64,000 bases of DNA from an uncultured Candidatus Saccharibacteria bacterium (GTDB lineage: Bacteria; Patescibacteriota; Minisyncoccia; Phycocordibacterales; DATGWK01), in contig CAYRZH010000002.1 in assembly GCA_964428845.1 (NCBI GenBank), positions 6,924-70,923 on the forward strand, in the 5' to 3' direction. Both the position numbers and the translations under genes were made by a program. Below are positions 26,080 to 35,037 of the stretch, one piece after another. Each line of letters starts with the position of its first letter. The first letter of the stretch is position 1. The notes beneath the pieces are model-generated. The model did no database searches and was not told the origin of the DNA. It was given only the letters and a program-made list of their open reading frames with translations.

Positions 26080-27758
26080 TCTGGCCATTTAGAAAAACTT
26101 CCTACAGTGAAATCAATCCAGAGGAAATTTTTATTGATTCAAGCAACTTGCCTAAGTTTGATACACATCATTTTGAAGGCAGGCTTGAGAAGCCGATTAC
26201 GGCGAGAACCGTTATTATTCTATCCACAGTTTTCATAATCTGTGGCGCTGTTTTTCTTGGAAGGCTTTGGCTTCTACAAATAAACCGCGGTGAAGCGTAC
26301 AGTGTTCAAAGTGAGAACAACCGTTTGCGTTTCAGCGACATTTTTGCCAATCGTGGAGTCATTTTCGACCGCAATGGAGTGATCCTCGCTTCAAATAAAG
26401 AAGACCCCGGGGGTGCCGAATTCGCATTGCGCACATACCCAGAAATTCCAGGCTTGTCTCATGTTGTAGGGTATTTGAAATATCCAACCAAGGACGCTCA
26501 CGGCTTCTATTATAGGAAAAATTTTATCGGCGAAGACGGTATTGAGGCGGCCATGAACGACACACTCTCTGGTACCAACGGCATAAAGATCGTCGAAACA
26601 GATGCTTTGGGTAAAGTTCAATCGGAAAGTGTCACCCGTTTGCCAGAAGATGGCGAAAATATTGTTCTTTCTATAGATTCTAAAGTTCAAAGCGAACTAT
26701 ATAAAATAATCAAAGATGTCGCCGAAGCCAAGGGATTTAGTGGCGGATCTGGCCTTATCATGGATGTGAGAAACGGAGAACTTCTTTCGCTCGTGAGTTA
26801 TCCAGAATATAGTTCGGCACTCATGACTCAAGGAAATTCTGAAGATTTCAAAAAATATCTAAACGATAGCGCTAAACCATTTCTCAACAGAGCTGTTTCT
26901 GGTCTGTATACTCCAGGTTCTATCATAAAGCCGATTCTCGCTATGGCTGCTCTAAAAGAGGGAATCATTGATCCCAATAAGCAAATATTGAGTACCGGCT
27001 CAATCTCTGTTCCGAATCCATATTTCCCAGACAAAGATACTGTTTTTCTGGATTGGAAAGCTCACGGCTATGTAGATATGCGTAGAGCGATAGCTGTCTC
27101 CTCAAACGTGTATTTCTACTCGATAGGTGGTGGTTTTTCTGATCAGAAGGGTCTTGGTATAGAAAAGATTGAAAAATATGTAAGACTTTTTGGTTTGGGA
27201 GAAAAAACAGGCATAAATCTCTCGAGCGAACAAGTTGGTGTTATACCAAACCCTCGGTGGAAAAAGGAAGTATTTGATGGAGATCTTTGGCGAATAGGGG
27301 ACACTTACAACAGTTCGATCGGCCAGTACGGTTTTCAGGTTACACCTGTGCAGGTGGTGCGCTACATTGGGGCATTGGCAAATGGGGGGTCACTTTTTAC
27401 TCCGACTCTTCTCAAAGATAGCAGTTCTACCAAGGTAGGGAAGCTCGACTTCATGCCCGAGCATTTTGACATCATTCGCGAAGGAATGCGCGGATCGGTC
27501 CTTGATGGCACAGCTTCTGGTCTCAATGTGCCCTTTGTAGAAGTTGCGGCTAAAACGGGAACAGCCGAGATTGGTACAGTAAGACAGCTCGTCAATTCTT
27601 GGTCGGTCGGCTTTTTCCCATACAAAAATCCAAGGTATGCGTTCGTTATTCTTATGGAACGCGGCCCACGTAGCAATCAAGTCGGAGCTACTGCTGTGAT
27701 GAGACAGATGATTGATTGGTTGAATATATATGGCCAGGAATATGTTATCCCAAGCTAG
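26076..27758 (+). CDS. mrdA: Penicillin-binding protein 2
   Basis: RG.IFDRNG, PGSIIK, SSN, KTGTA. Confidence 0.92.
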   Translation: MIWPFRKTSYSEINPEEIFIDSSNLPKFDTHHFEGRLEKPITARTVIILSTVFIICGAVFLGRLWLLQINRGEAYSVQSENNRLRFSDIFANRGVIFDRNGVILASNKEDPGGAEFALRTYPEIPGLSHVVGYLKYPTKDAHGFYYRKNFIGEDGIEAAMNDTLSGTNGIKIVETDALGKVQSESVTRLPEDGENIVLSIDSKVQSELYKIIKDVAEAKGFSGGSGLIMDVRNGELLSLVSYPEYSSALMTQGNSEDFKKYLNDSAKPFLNRAVSGLYTPGSIIKPILAMAALKEGIIDPNKQILSTGSISVPNPYFPDKDTVFLDWKAHGYVDMRRAIAVSSNVYFYSIGGGFSDQKGLGIEKIEKYVRLFGLGEKTGINLSSEQVGVIPNPRWKKEVFDGDLWRIGDTYNSSIGQYGFQVTPVQVVRYIGALANGGSLFTPTLLKDSSSTKVGKLDFMPEHFDIIREGMRGSVLDGTASGLNVPFVEVAAKTGTAEIGTVRQLVNSWSVGFFPYKNPRYAFVILMERGPRSNQVGATAVMRQMIDWLNIYGQEYVIPS

Positions 27759-27821
27759 TGTTTGACTTAATGGATAGAGGCAAGATACAATTGTCCCAAT
27801 GTTTTTTAAAACGAATCATCT

Positions 27822-28292
27822 ATGGAAGGAAGTCAAGAATATTTAACACAGGAAAAATACGACGAGTTTAGTAAAGAGCTCGAAAATCTCAAATCCGTTA
27901 GACGTAAAGAGGTCGCCGAGAATCTTGAGTATGCTAAGTCTCTCGGTGATCTTTCCGAAAACGCCGAGTATCACGAAGCTCGCGACATGCAGGCCAACAT
28001 CGAGGACCGTATCTCAAAACTCGAGGGTATATTGAAGCTGGCTATCATAGTTCCACCGTCACATGATACTGCCACTGTGACCATAGGTTCTGTGGTTACG
28101 GTAGAGAAAGAGGGAGAAACCGACAAAAGAACTTATACTATTGTAGGCTCGGAAGAGGCTGATATGAGCACGGGCAAAATTTCTATAAAATCTCCACTTG
28201 GGCTTAGCATTATGGGGAAAAAGAAAAAAGAATCTTTCACTTTTAAAACTCCTGGCGGCTCTGTCACATACAAGGTAGTTGATATAAAATAG
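27822..28292 (+). CDS. greA: Transcription elongation factor GreA
   Basis: GDLSENAEY, IS..SPLG. Confidence 0.97.
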   Translation: MEGSQEYLTQEKYDEFSKELENLKSVRRKEVAENLEYAKSLGDLSENAEYHEARDMQANIEDRISKLEGILKLAIIVPPSHDTATVTIGSVVTVEKEGETDKRTYTIVGSEEADMSTGKISIKSPLGLSIMGKKKKESFTFKTPGGSVTYKVVDIK

Positions 28293-28297
28293 ATGGC

Positions 28298-29830
28298 ATG
28301 TCAACTATTGATGAAATAAGAGAAAATAGATTAAAGAAACTCTCTGAGCTCAAAGAGAAGGGGATAGACCCGTACCCGATTGAGTCAAAGCAGGATTACA
28401 CACTTGCTGAAGTCAGGGCGAACTTCGCCAAACTCTCGGGCGGGTCAACATCGAGCTCCCCAACCTCTGGCTCTGGGTCAGGTCCTTCTAAATCATCTAA
28501 GTCAAAAAAAACCCTGACTCTTGTCGGACGTGTCCTTTCTCTCCGTCCGCAGGGTGCCATCATCTTTTTTGATTTCAATGATGGTACGGGGAAGCTCCAA
28601 GGTCTTCTCAAAAAAGAAGAGAAGATAAGTGACGAAGACTTCGATCTTTTTGCCAATTATGTAGATATCGGTGACTTTGTCGAAGTCACCGGGTCTTTGT
28701 TTACTACGACTCGCGGGGAGGAGAGTATCCAGGTGGCTAAGTGGCGTATGCTTGCCAAGAGTTTGCGCCCACTACCAGAGAAATGGCACGGCCTCCAGGA
28801 CGTAGAGGAGCGCTTTAGGCGCCGCTACCTAGACCTGATCGCCAACGAGGAGGTGAAGAAGAGGTTTATTACACGTTCGAACATTATCCGAGAACTGCGG
28901 ACCAATCTAGAAAAAGAAGGCTTTATCGAAGTCGAAACCCCAGTGCTTCAGGAGCTCGCCGGTGGCGCATCTGCAGAGCCTTTCAAAACTCACCACAACG
29001 CACTCGATTGTGACTTTTTCCTACGCATTGCTCCAGAGCTTTTTCTCAAAAAGCTTCTTATTGGAGGTTTCCCGAAAGTCTACGAAATCAGTCGAAACTT
29101 TAGAAATGAAGGGATAGATGTTACTCACAACCCAGAATTTACTAGTCTCGAATACTACGAAAGTTGGAGTGACTCGGAGAAACAGAGAGCTTTTGCAGAA
29201 AAGATTTTTAAAAACATCGTAAAAAAGGTTTTTGGAGACACTGCGATAACTTTTGATGGAAATTCTATTGATTTTGGAAAGAAATTTAACGTCATTTCCT
29301 TTTTTGATCTTCTCAAAAGATATGCACTACTTACTCATCCGGAAAACGCTACTCTTGAGGATTTGAGACTCAAGGCCAACCAACTAGGTGTAAAATTTGC
29401 TCCCGGCGACTCTCTTGAGAAGATTATGGATGGTATTTATAAAAAGACGTGTCGCCCAAAACTTATCCAGCCGACTTTTGTAGTCGATTATCCAGCAAAC
29501 TATCTGCCACTGGCCAAGAAATCTCCCGAAAATCCGAAGCTCGTCGATGCATTTCAACTTATTGTTGGAGGTCTCGAGCTCGTAAAAGCTTTTACGGAGC
29601 TGAACGATCCTCTCGATCAACATGAGCGCTTCATGAACCAGGAGAAAAACAAGGAGCGCGGTGACAAAGAAGCCCAGCCCAATGATAAAGATTTTGTCGA
29701 AGCCCTTGAGTACGGCATGCCTCCAGCCGGTGGGGTAGGTATCGGTATCGATCGCCTAGTGATGCTTCTCACTGACACCAAAAATATCCGTGAAGTGATT
29801 CTATTTCCGACATTGAGGCCGAGGCAGTAA
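28298..29830 (+). CDS. lysS: Lysine--tRNA ligase (class II)
   Basis: LPEKWHGL, FRNEGID.THNPEFT, YGMPP.GG.GIGIDRL. Confidence 0.97.
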   Translation: MSTIDEIRENRLKKLSELKEKGIDPYPIESKQDYTLAEVRANFAKLSGGSTSSSPTSGSGSGPSKSSKSKKTLTLVGRVLSLRPQGAIIFFDFNDGTGKLQGLLKKEEKISDEDFDLFANYVDIGDFVEVTGSLFTTTRGEESIQVAKWRMLAKSLRPLPEKWHGLQDVEERFRRRYLDLIANEEVKKRFITRSNIIRELRTNLEKEGFIEVETPVLQELAGGASAEPFKTHHNALDCDFFLRIAPELFLKKLLIGGFPKVYEISRNFRNEGIDVTHNPEFTSLEYYESWSDSEKQRAFAEKIFKNIVKKVFGDTAITFDGNSIDFGKKFNVISFFDLLKRYALLTHPENATLEDLRLKANQLGVKFAPGDSLEKIMDGIYKKTCRPKLIQPTFVVDYPANYLPLAKKSPENPKLVDAFQLIVGGLELVKAFTELNDPLDQHERFMNQEKNKERGDKEAQPNDKDFVEALEYGMPPAGGVGIGIDRLVMLLTDTKNIREVILFPTLRPRQ

Positions 29831-29887
29831 TTTTTTAGTAAGAAAAAAGCGTTGCTGTTGTGCAACGCTCCGCTGTCTGACTCGATC

Positions 29888-30301
29888 TCATGGGATATTG
29901 CCGCTATAGATGATCCTGGAGAAATCGATGTCCTTCTCCGAGAGTGTTTTTAGCGACATATTCATCTCCGCGTCTCTTGAGTAGATAAAGTAGGTGCCGG
30001 GTTCGAGTGCTACGACACCATGGTCCTTGGTAAAGAACGTGTTACCGTCAGCTTCCTCGACGTCGGCAACTCCCAGCTCTCTGTTCACCTTAAGTACCCT
30101 GTACGGGACGTTCGGCCGAAATTGTTGTTCAGGTGTCTGCGAGCGTGGTAGAGGAATTGGGAAAGCTCTCGGACTCTGCATTTCGGCCAAGGTCAGCTCC
30201 TTCAGGAAGAAGAAAGGTCCAAGAAACAAAACGATTATTGCTCCAATGACGATGATAAAAGCTGTTAGATCAGCAGATCCCCTGCGACTGAATTTCCTCA
30301 T
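29888..30301 (-). CDS. Membrane-anchored hypothetical protein (orphan cassette)
   Basis: Start re-called at 30301 (GGGGAG SD); promoter TTGACT-N17-TAGTAT at 30393-30365; terminator at about 29842-29868. Confidence 0.7.
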   Translation of the reverse strand: MRKFSRRGSADLTAFIIVIGAIIVLFLGPFFFLKELTLAEMQSPRAFPIPLPRSQTPEQQFRPNVPYRVLKVNRELGVADVEEADGNTFFTKDHGVVALEPGTYFIYSRDAEMNMSLKTLSEKDIDFSRIIYSGNIP

Positions 30302-30505
30302 TTCTTCACTCCCTTTCGTTATGGTGGTGTGATGATTGTTTGCAACAAACACAATTCTGCCAACATACTACATATGGCTAAATCATCAGTCAAGATAGCC
30401 CAATAGTTCAATTGCTTAGGCTATTTGAGTAATACACTGTTTCCCAAAATGAAACCCCCACAGTCTCCCGTGGGGGTTTTGAATGTGAACGTAGAACTCG
30501 TGAAC

Positions 30506-31066
30506 TCAGCAGGCCGCGAGCGATCCGCTGCGGGGGGGCTGGGGACCAACCCCGACCGCTTCCGTACCGACGGGTGGTCTGTTGTTGGCAACGATGGATC
30601 CCGGTAGACCCTCAACATACGCCAGTGATTCGGTAGTAGTCCGAGTGACACCGGCGAAACCTCCCTGGAGCACCACTTTCGTGGTGACGATGTATCGGTA
30701 CTTCCCAGGTGTCAGATTCAGGAAAACCTCGTCCTCCCGACCATGAATGGAGATATCCCGTAGCGGCCGCACGACGCGCAACCGGCCGTTTTGTACGACG
30801 AGCATGTACTCAACATCGTCGTGACGAAAGCCCCCCCTCACCTCGAGGATGTCGCCTGGCTCGAACACCTTACTGATGAACATGGGGCAGCCGATCCTGG
30901 CCTTGTAGGAATCTCGATCTCGCACAGTGGCGGCGATAAAGGAACACACAATGATGAGCACGATGAGCACCAGGACAATTGCGGCTGCCTCCCCAAAGGT
31001 GAACCAGGATCCTCCCGAGCTCATCTGGTCCGACGTCTGCGCCAACACGAGACTGAAATTGAACAC
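30506..31066 (-). CDS. Membrane-anchored hypothetical protein (orphan cassette)
   Basis: AAAGGAG + GTG; promoter TTGACA-N18-TATAAT at 31165-31136; terminator AAACCCCCAC...GTGGGGGTTT at 30452-30480. Confidence 0.7.
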   Translation of the reverse strand: MFNFSLVLAQTSDQMSSGGSWFTFGEAAAIVLVLIVLIIVCSFIAATVRDRDSYKARIGCPMFISKVFEPGDILEVRGGFRHDDVEYMLVVQNGRLRVVRPLRDISIHGREDEVFLNLTPGKYRYIVTTKVVLQGGFAGVTRTTTESLAYVEGLPGSIVANNRPPVGTEAVGVGPQPPRSGSLAAC

Positions 31067-31234
31067 GTTCTTCTCCTTTTTCCAAAGTGCTTGGTTGCGG
31101 TGCCCGACATAGGCAACCGATTATTTCCAAGGTTGATTATAGCACGCTTGATAGCATCTTGTCAATGAGTAAAACAAAATCCCCAGCAAACTTGCCACGA
31201 GAGAGTCCGCAGGAAGATTCGGTATCTACATCAT

Positions 31235-31496
31235 GGGGTTTTGAATAGATGCCGAGGCGGGATGATGTCTGGCCACAGAGATCGTTCGAGGAGAGTCCGC
31301 AGGAAGATTTGCATGGTCTGTCAAGTTGGCCAGATATCTAGAGTAGGTTCTCTTATATAGATTACCTGGCCAACTTTACAGAAATCTTCCGAGGATTAGG
31401 AAATTTGTCCGCTGGGACAAATTTCCGCTCTCCGAGAGCGATACTCTGTGGCGGACATGTTTATCCGTGCTCGACAGGCTGTCTATTCAAGACCCC
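31235..31496 (+). repeat. Hairpin element family, long copy (262 bp), preceded by a partial copy from about 31200
   Basis: GGGGTTTTGAATAGA...TCTATTCAAGACCCC with nested complementary blocks along the whole length. Confidence 0.85.
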
Positions 31497-31543
31497 TTTG
31501 GGAGGGGCAATGCTTGCTGGGGGTTTGTTGTGGCCGGTCTTTC

Positions 31544-31612
31544 TGTGGATAACAGTGTATTCTTGTGGGATAAAGTGGTATATACTTTGTATCAAGTGGG
31601 TGAAGGTGGTAA
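31544..31612 (+). promoter_or_regulatory. dcw promoter region: DnaA box (31544-31552) and GTGG repeats resembling MraZ boxes
   Basis: TGTGGATAA; GTGGGATAAAGTGG and GTGGGTGAAGGTGG (10-nt period) upstream of mraZ. Confidence 0.55.
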
Positions 31613-31622
31613 ACTTTGATTC

Positions 31623-32057
31623 ATGCTCATCGGTGAATACACTCATACCATCGACAACAAGAACCGCATTTCTCTTCCTGCAAAATTTAGGAAAGAAATC
31701 GGCAAAAAAATTGTTGTCACTCACGGTCTAGATAACTGTCTCTTTCTCTATTCGACTCCCGAGTGGAAGAAAATTTCCGAGAAACTTGGGAACCTCGGAA
31801 TGGGGCAGGCAGATACTAGAGGGTTCAATCGTTTTATGCTCGCAGGCGCAGTTGAGATCGATGTGGATTCCATAGGAAGGATCCTCATCCCAGATTTTTT
31901 GAAGAAGTTCGCCGGGTTTGTGGAAAAAGTTGTTTTCACTGGCGTACACAATCGCATAGAGATCTGGGACGAAGTTCGCTGGGGTGAGTATAAAGCGAAG
32001 ATTGAGAAGCAGGCCGATAAGCTTGCCGAAAAACTTGGTGAGATTGGTGTGTTTTAG
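31623..32057 (+). CDS. mraZ: Transcriptional regulator MraZ
   Basis: GEY.HTID.KNR..LPAKFR, D..GRILIP, EIWD. Confidence 0.97.
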   Translation: MLIGEYTHTIDNKNRISLPAKFRKEIGKKIVVTHGLDNCLFLYSTPEWKKISEKLGNLGMGQADTRGFNRFMLAGAVEIDVDSIGRILIPDFLKKFAGFVEKVVFTGVHNRIEIWDEVRWGEYKAKIEKQADKLAEKLGEIGVF

Positions 32058-32073
32058 AAGATAAAGCACTCCA

Positions 32074-32967
32074 ATGGCCCATACAAGCGTTCTTTTACAA
32101 GCTTCAATAGACGGACTCGACCTTAAGGCAGGTGAAATTTTTGTTGATGGCACTTTGGGTGGCGGTGGCCACAGCGAAGAGGTCATTCGACGCTTTGGCG
32201 AGAGCGTAACCATCATAGGTTTGGATATGGATGTGGATGCGCTCAAACGTTCTCGCGAAAGACTCGAAAACCTCGGAGGCAAAATTATCTTTAGACAAGC
32301 TAATTTCAAAGACATAGACAAAATTCTCCTTGATCTCAATATTCCTTCTGTACAGAAGATTCTTCTAGATATTGGAACAAGTTCGTTCCAGATCGAAGAT
32401 TCAGGCAGGGGATTCAGCTTTAAGTCTGACGAGCCTCTTCAAATGACCTTTGTTAAAGATATTTCACCAGAGACTGTTACCGCGCGGGATGTGGTAAATG
32501 ACTGGGAGGAAGAAAGTTTAGGAAACGTCATCTATGGTTTCGGAGGTGAAAGATATGGCAGGCGTATCGCCCGAGCCATAGTCGAAGAGAGAGGAAATAA
32601 ACCAATCGAGACTACCGGTGAATTGGTGAACATTATCATCAAGGCGACTCCCTTTTCTTATCACCGAGGCAAAATCCACCCCGCTACCAGAACATTTCAA
32701 GCCATCCGCATTGCAGTGAACGACGAGCTTGGTGCACTGAAGCAGGGAATCACCAAAGGCTTCGAGAAACTTTCTGTCGGTGGACGTTTGGCGGTAATTT
32801 CTTTCCATAGTCTGGAAGATAGAATCGTAAAAGATTTTTTCAAGCAGATGAAGAACGAGGGCAGAGCAGACCTTATTACCAAAAAGCCGATTATAGCGAC
32901 CGAGGAGGAAGTTGAAGCAAACCCACGTGCTAGGAGCGCCAAACTCCGAATTATTTCAAAACTTTAG
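32074..32967 (+). CDS. rsmH: 16S rRNA m4C1402 methyltransferase
   Basis: DGTLGGGGHS, HPATRTFQAIRIAVNDEL, SFHSLEDR, NPRARSAKLR. Confidence 0.97.
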   Translation: MAHTSVLLQASIDGLDLKAGEIFVDGTLGGGGHSEEVIRRFGESVTIIGLDMDVDALKRSRERLENLGGKIIFRQANFKDIDKILLDLNIPSVQKILLDIGTSSFQIEDSGRGFSFKSDEPLQMTFVKDISPETVTARDVVNDWEEESLGNVIYGFGGERYGRRIARAIVEERGNKPIETTGELVNIIIKATPFSYHRGKIHPATRTFQAIRIAVNDELGALKQGITKGFEKLSVGGRLAVISFHSLEDRIVKDFFKQMKNEGRADLITKKPIIATEEEVEANPRARSAKLRIISKL

Positions 32968-32983
32968 GAAAAGTTATTTAAAA

Positions 32984-33301
32984 ATGATAAGCAATTCAAT
33001 ACCATTTATAAACAAAAAAAGCACTTTTTGGATGCTAATTTTGGTTCTCGCGTTTGTTTTGGGTGTTTACCTCTATTCTCTGAACAGTGTAATGTTCAAT
33101 ATTGTCAAAAGAGGTGAAGCCGAAAAGAGTCTATCAAACCTGAAAACTTCAGTTACCGAGATAGAATCAAGTTATCTTGCACTTAAAAACAACATAACTC
33201 TAGATCTAGCATACTCACGCGGCTTTCAAGAGGTGGAAATTAGCGCATTCATTCCGAAGAAGTCTGTGAGCGCGGCACAAACCCTTTCGTTCATAGAGTA
33301 G
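32984..33301 (+). CDS. FtsL-like cell division protein
   Basis: Single TM + coiled coil between rsmH and ftsI; start re-called. Confidence 0.6.
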   Translation: MISNSIPFINKKSTFWMLILVLAFVLGVYLYSLNSVMFNIVKRGEAEKSLSNLKTSVTEIESSYLALKNNITLDLAYSRGFQEVEISAFIPKKSVSAAQTLSFIE

Positions 33302-33318
33302 TGCTATAATTCTTCTCT

Positions 33319-35031
33319 ATGAGATCGGAGCTCGTTTTGATTAGAGTTCGTCTACTCTTTTTTTTGCTTTTGATTTTTGCCATCATCCTCGTCTCTCGTC
33401 TATATTTTGTGCAAATTGTTTCCGGTGAAATTTACAGTACCAAGGCGGACCGACAGTATTTAAAGCCAAATTCATCGATTCTCAATCGAGGGACAATCTA
33501 TTTTAAAACTAAAGATGGTGAAATTGTTACTGCCGCTCATCAGAAGACGGGTGACACTATTGCTATAAATCCAAGTATTCTCAAAGATCCGGAAATGGCT
33601 TTCGAGCAAATTTCGAAAGTCGTCTCAATAGACAAAGAGAATTTTCTTTTGAGAGCCGCAAAGAAAAATGATCCCTATGAGGAAGTTCTAAAAAAGGTTG
33701 ATCTTGGTGATGGGGAAAAAATTCGTGACCTCAATATTCCTGGTGTGAACGCCTACAAAGAAAAATGGAGATTTTATCCAAACCATTCTGCCGGTGCCCA
33801 TGTTTTGGGCATTATGGCCCATAAAGGGGATGAATATGCAGGACGTTATGGGTTAGAACAATATTACGAAGATATTCTGGTGAGGAAAAATGAATTGTCT
33901 TATTCAAATTTCTTTGTCGAGATGTTTTTAAACGTCAAGAAAACCTTTTCTGGTGAAGACTCGGCTGAAGGGGACATCGTTACTTCTATCGAGCCGACAG
34001 TAGAATCATTCTTGGAACGAGAGGTGGAAACAATAAACAAAACCTGGAACGGAGAATTTAGTGGAGGAATAATAATAAATCCGAAAAATGGAGAAATAAT
34101 TGCCATGGCTATTTCTCCAACTTTCAATCCAAATGATTTAAAGAACGTCGACGATATCAATGTTTTCTCAAATAAGTTGGTAGAAGGTGTTTATGAGATG
34201 GGATCCGTGGTTAAGCCCATAACCCTTGTAAGTGGTTTGGACTCGGGTGCGATAACAGCTCGGACGACGTACTTTGACTCTGGCTCTATCACTTTAAACA
34301 ACAAAACAATTTCAAATTTTGATAAAAAAGGGCGAGGTTTGGTGGACATGCAAAAAGTTCTCAATGACTCCCTAAACACCGGTGCCGCATTTGTCATGAG
34401 TAAAATGGGGAAGGAAAAGTTTTCGGAATATATGCTAAACTTCGGCTTCGGCGAAAAAACGGGTGTCGATCTGCCAAATGAAGCAGCGCCTCTGGCAGAC
34501 AACCTCAAGAGCCCTCGAGAAATCGAGCACGCCACTGCCTCCTTCGGCCAAGGGGTAGCCATAAGTCCGATTTCAGCTGCTAGGGCCTTCTCTGTTATCG
34601 CAAATGGCGGCACACTCATTACCCCTCACATAGTCACCAATATCAAATATAAAAGTGGGATGACAAAGGACATTTCTTTTCCGGAGGGGAAAAGGGTTTT
34701 GAAAAAAGAGAGTGCCGAGGAAATTTCGAGAATGCTCGTCGAGGTTGTCGATGACGCGCTTCTTGGGGGGGTTTTGAAACTTCCTCATTATAGTGTGGCT
34801 GCCAAAACTGGCACGGCCCAGATTGCCAAGGAAAATAGTGGCGGATACTACGACGACCGATATCTACACTCATTTTTCGGATTTTTCCCAGCCTATGATG
34901 CTAAGTTTCTAGTTTTCCTTATTACATATAAACCTGGTCAAGTAAAATATGCTTCGGAAACTTTAGCACGCCCCTTTTTCAATATTGTTAAATATCTGAT
35001 AAATTATTACAAAATCCCACCAGACCGATAA
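33319..35031 (+). CDS. ftsI: Penicillin-binding protein (FtsI/PBP3-like)
   Basis: GSVVK, SLN, KTGTAQ; dcw position. Confidence 0.88.
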   Translation: MRSELVLIRVRLLFFLLLIFAIILVSRLYFVQIVSGEIYSTKADRQYLKPNSSILNRGTIYFKTKDGEIVTAAHQKTGDTIAINPSILKDPEMAFEQISKVVSIDKENFLLRAAKKNDPYEEVLKKVDLGDGEKIRDLNIPGVNAYKEKWRFYPNHSAGAHVLGIMAHKGDEYAGRYGLEQYYEDILVRKNELSYSNFFVEMFLNVKKTFSGEDSAEGDIVTSIEPTVESFLEREVETINKTWNGEFSGGIIINPKNGEIIAMAISPTFNPNDLKNVDDINVFSNKLVEGVYEMGSVVKPITLVSGLDSGAITARTTYFDSGSITLNNKTISNFDKKGRGLVDMQKVLNDSLNTGAAFVMSKMGKEKFSEYMLNFGFGEKTGVDLPNEAAPLADNLKSPREIEHATASFGQGVAISPISAARAFSVIANGGTLITPHIVTNIKYKSGMTKDISFPEGKRVLKKESAEEISRMLVEVVDDALLGGVLKLPHYSVAAKTGTAQIAKENSGGYYDDRYLHSFFGFFPAYDAKFLVFLITYKPGQVKYASETLARPFFNIVKYLINYYKIPPDR

Positions 35032-35037
35032 ATCCTA

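Noticed and set aside
9037-31496. CRISPR array or autonomous IS for the repeated hairpins
   Set aside because: No regularly spaced repeat-spacer units, no cas genes and no transposase ORF; ORFs 9074-9277, 31405-31731 and 36450-36707 are incidental frames across the repeats
14238-31552. Replication origin suggested by DnaA boxes
   Set aside because: Only two isolated boxes 17 kb apart, no cluster, and no dnaA/dnaN in the window
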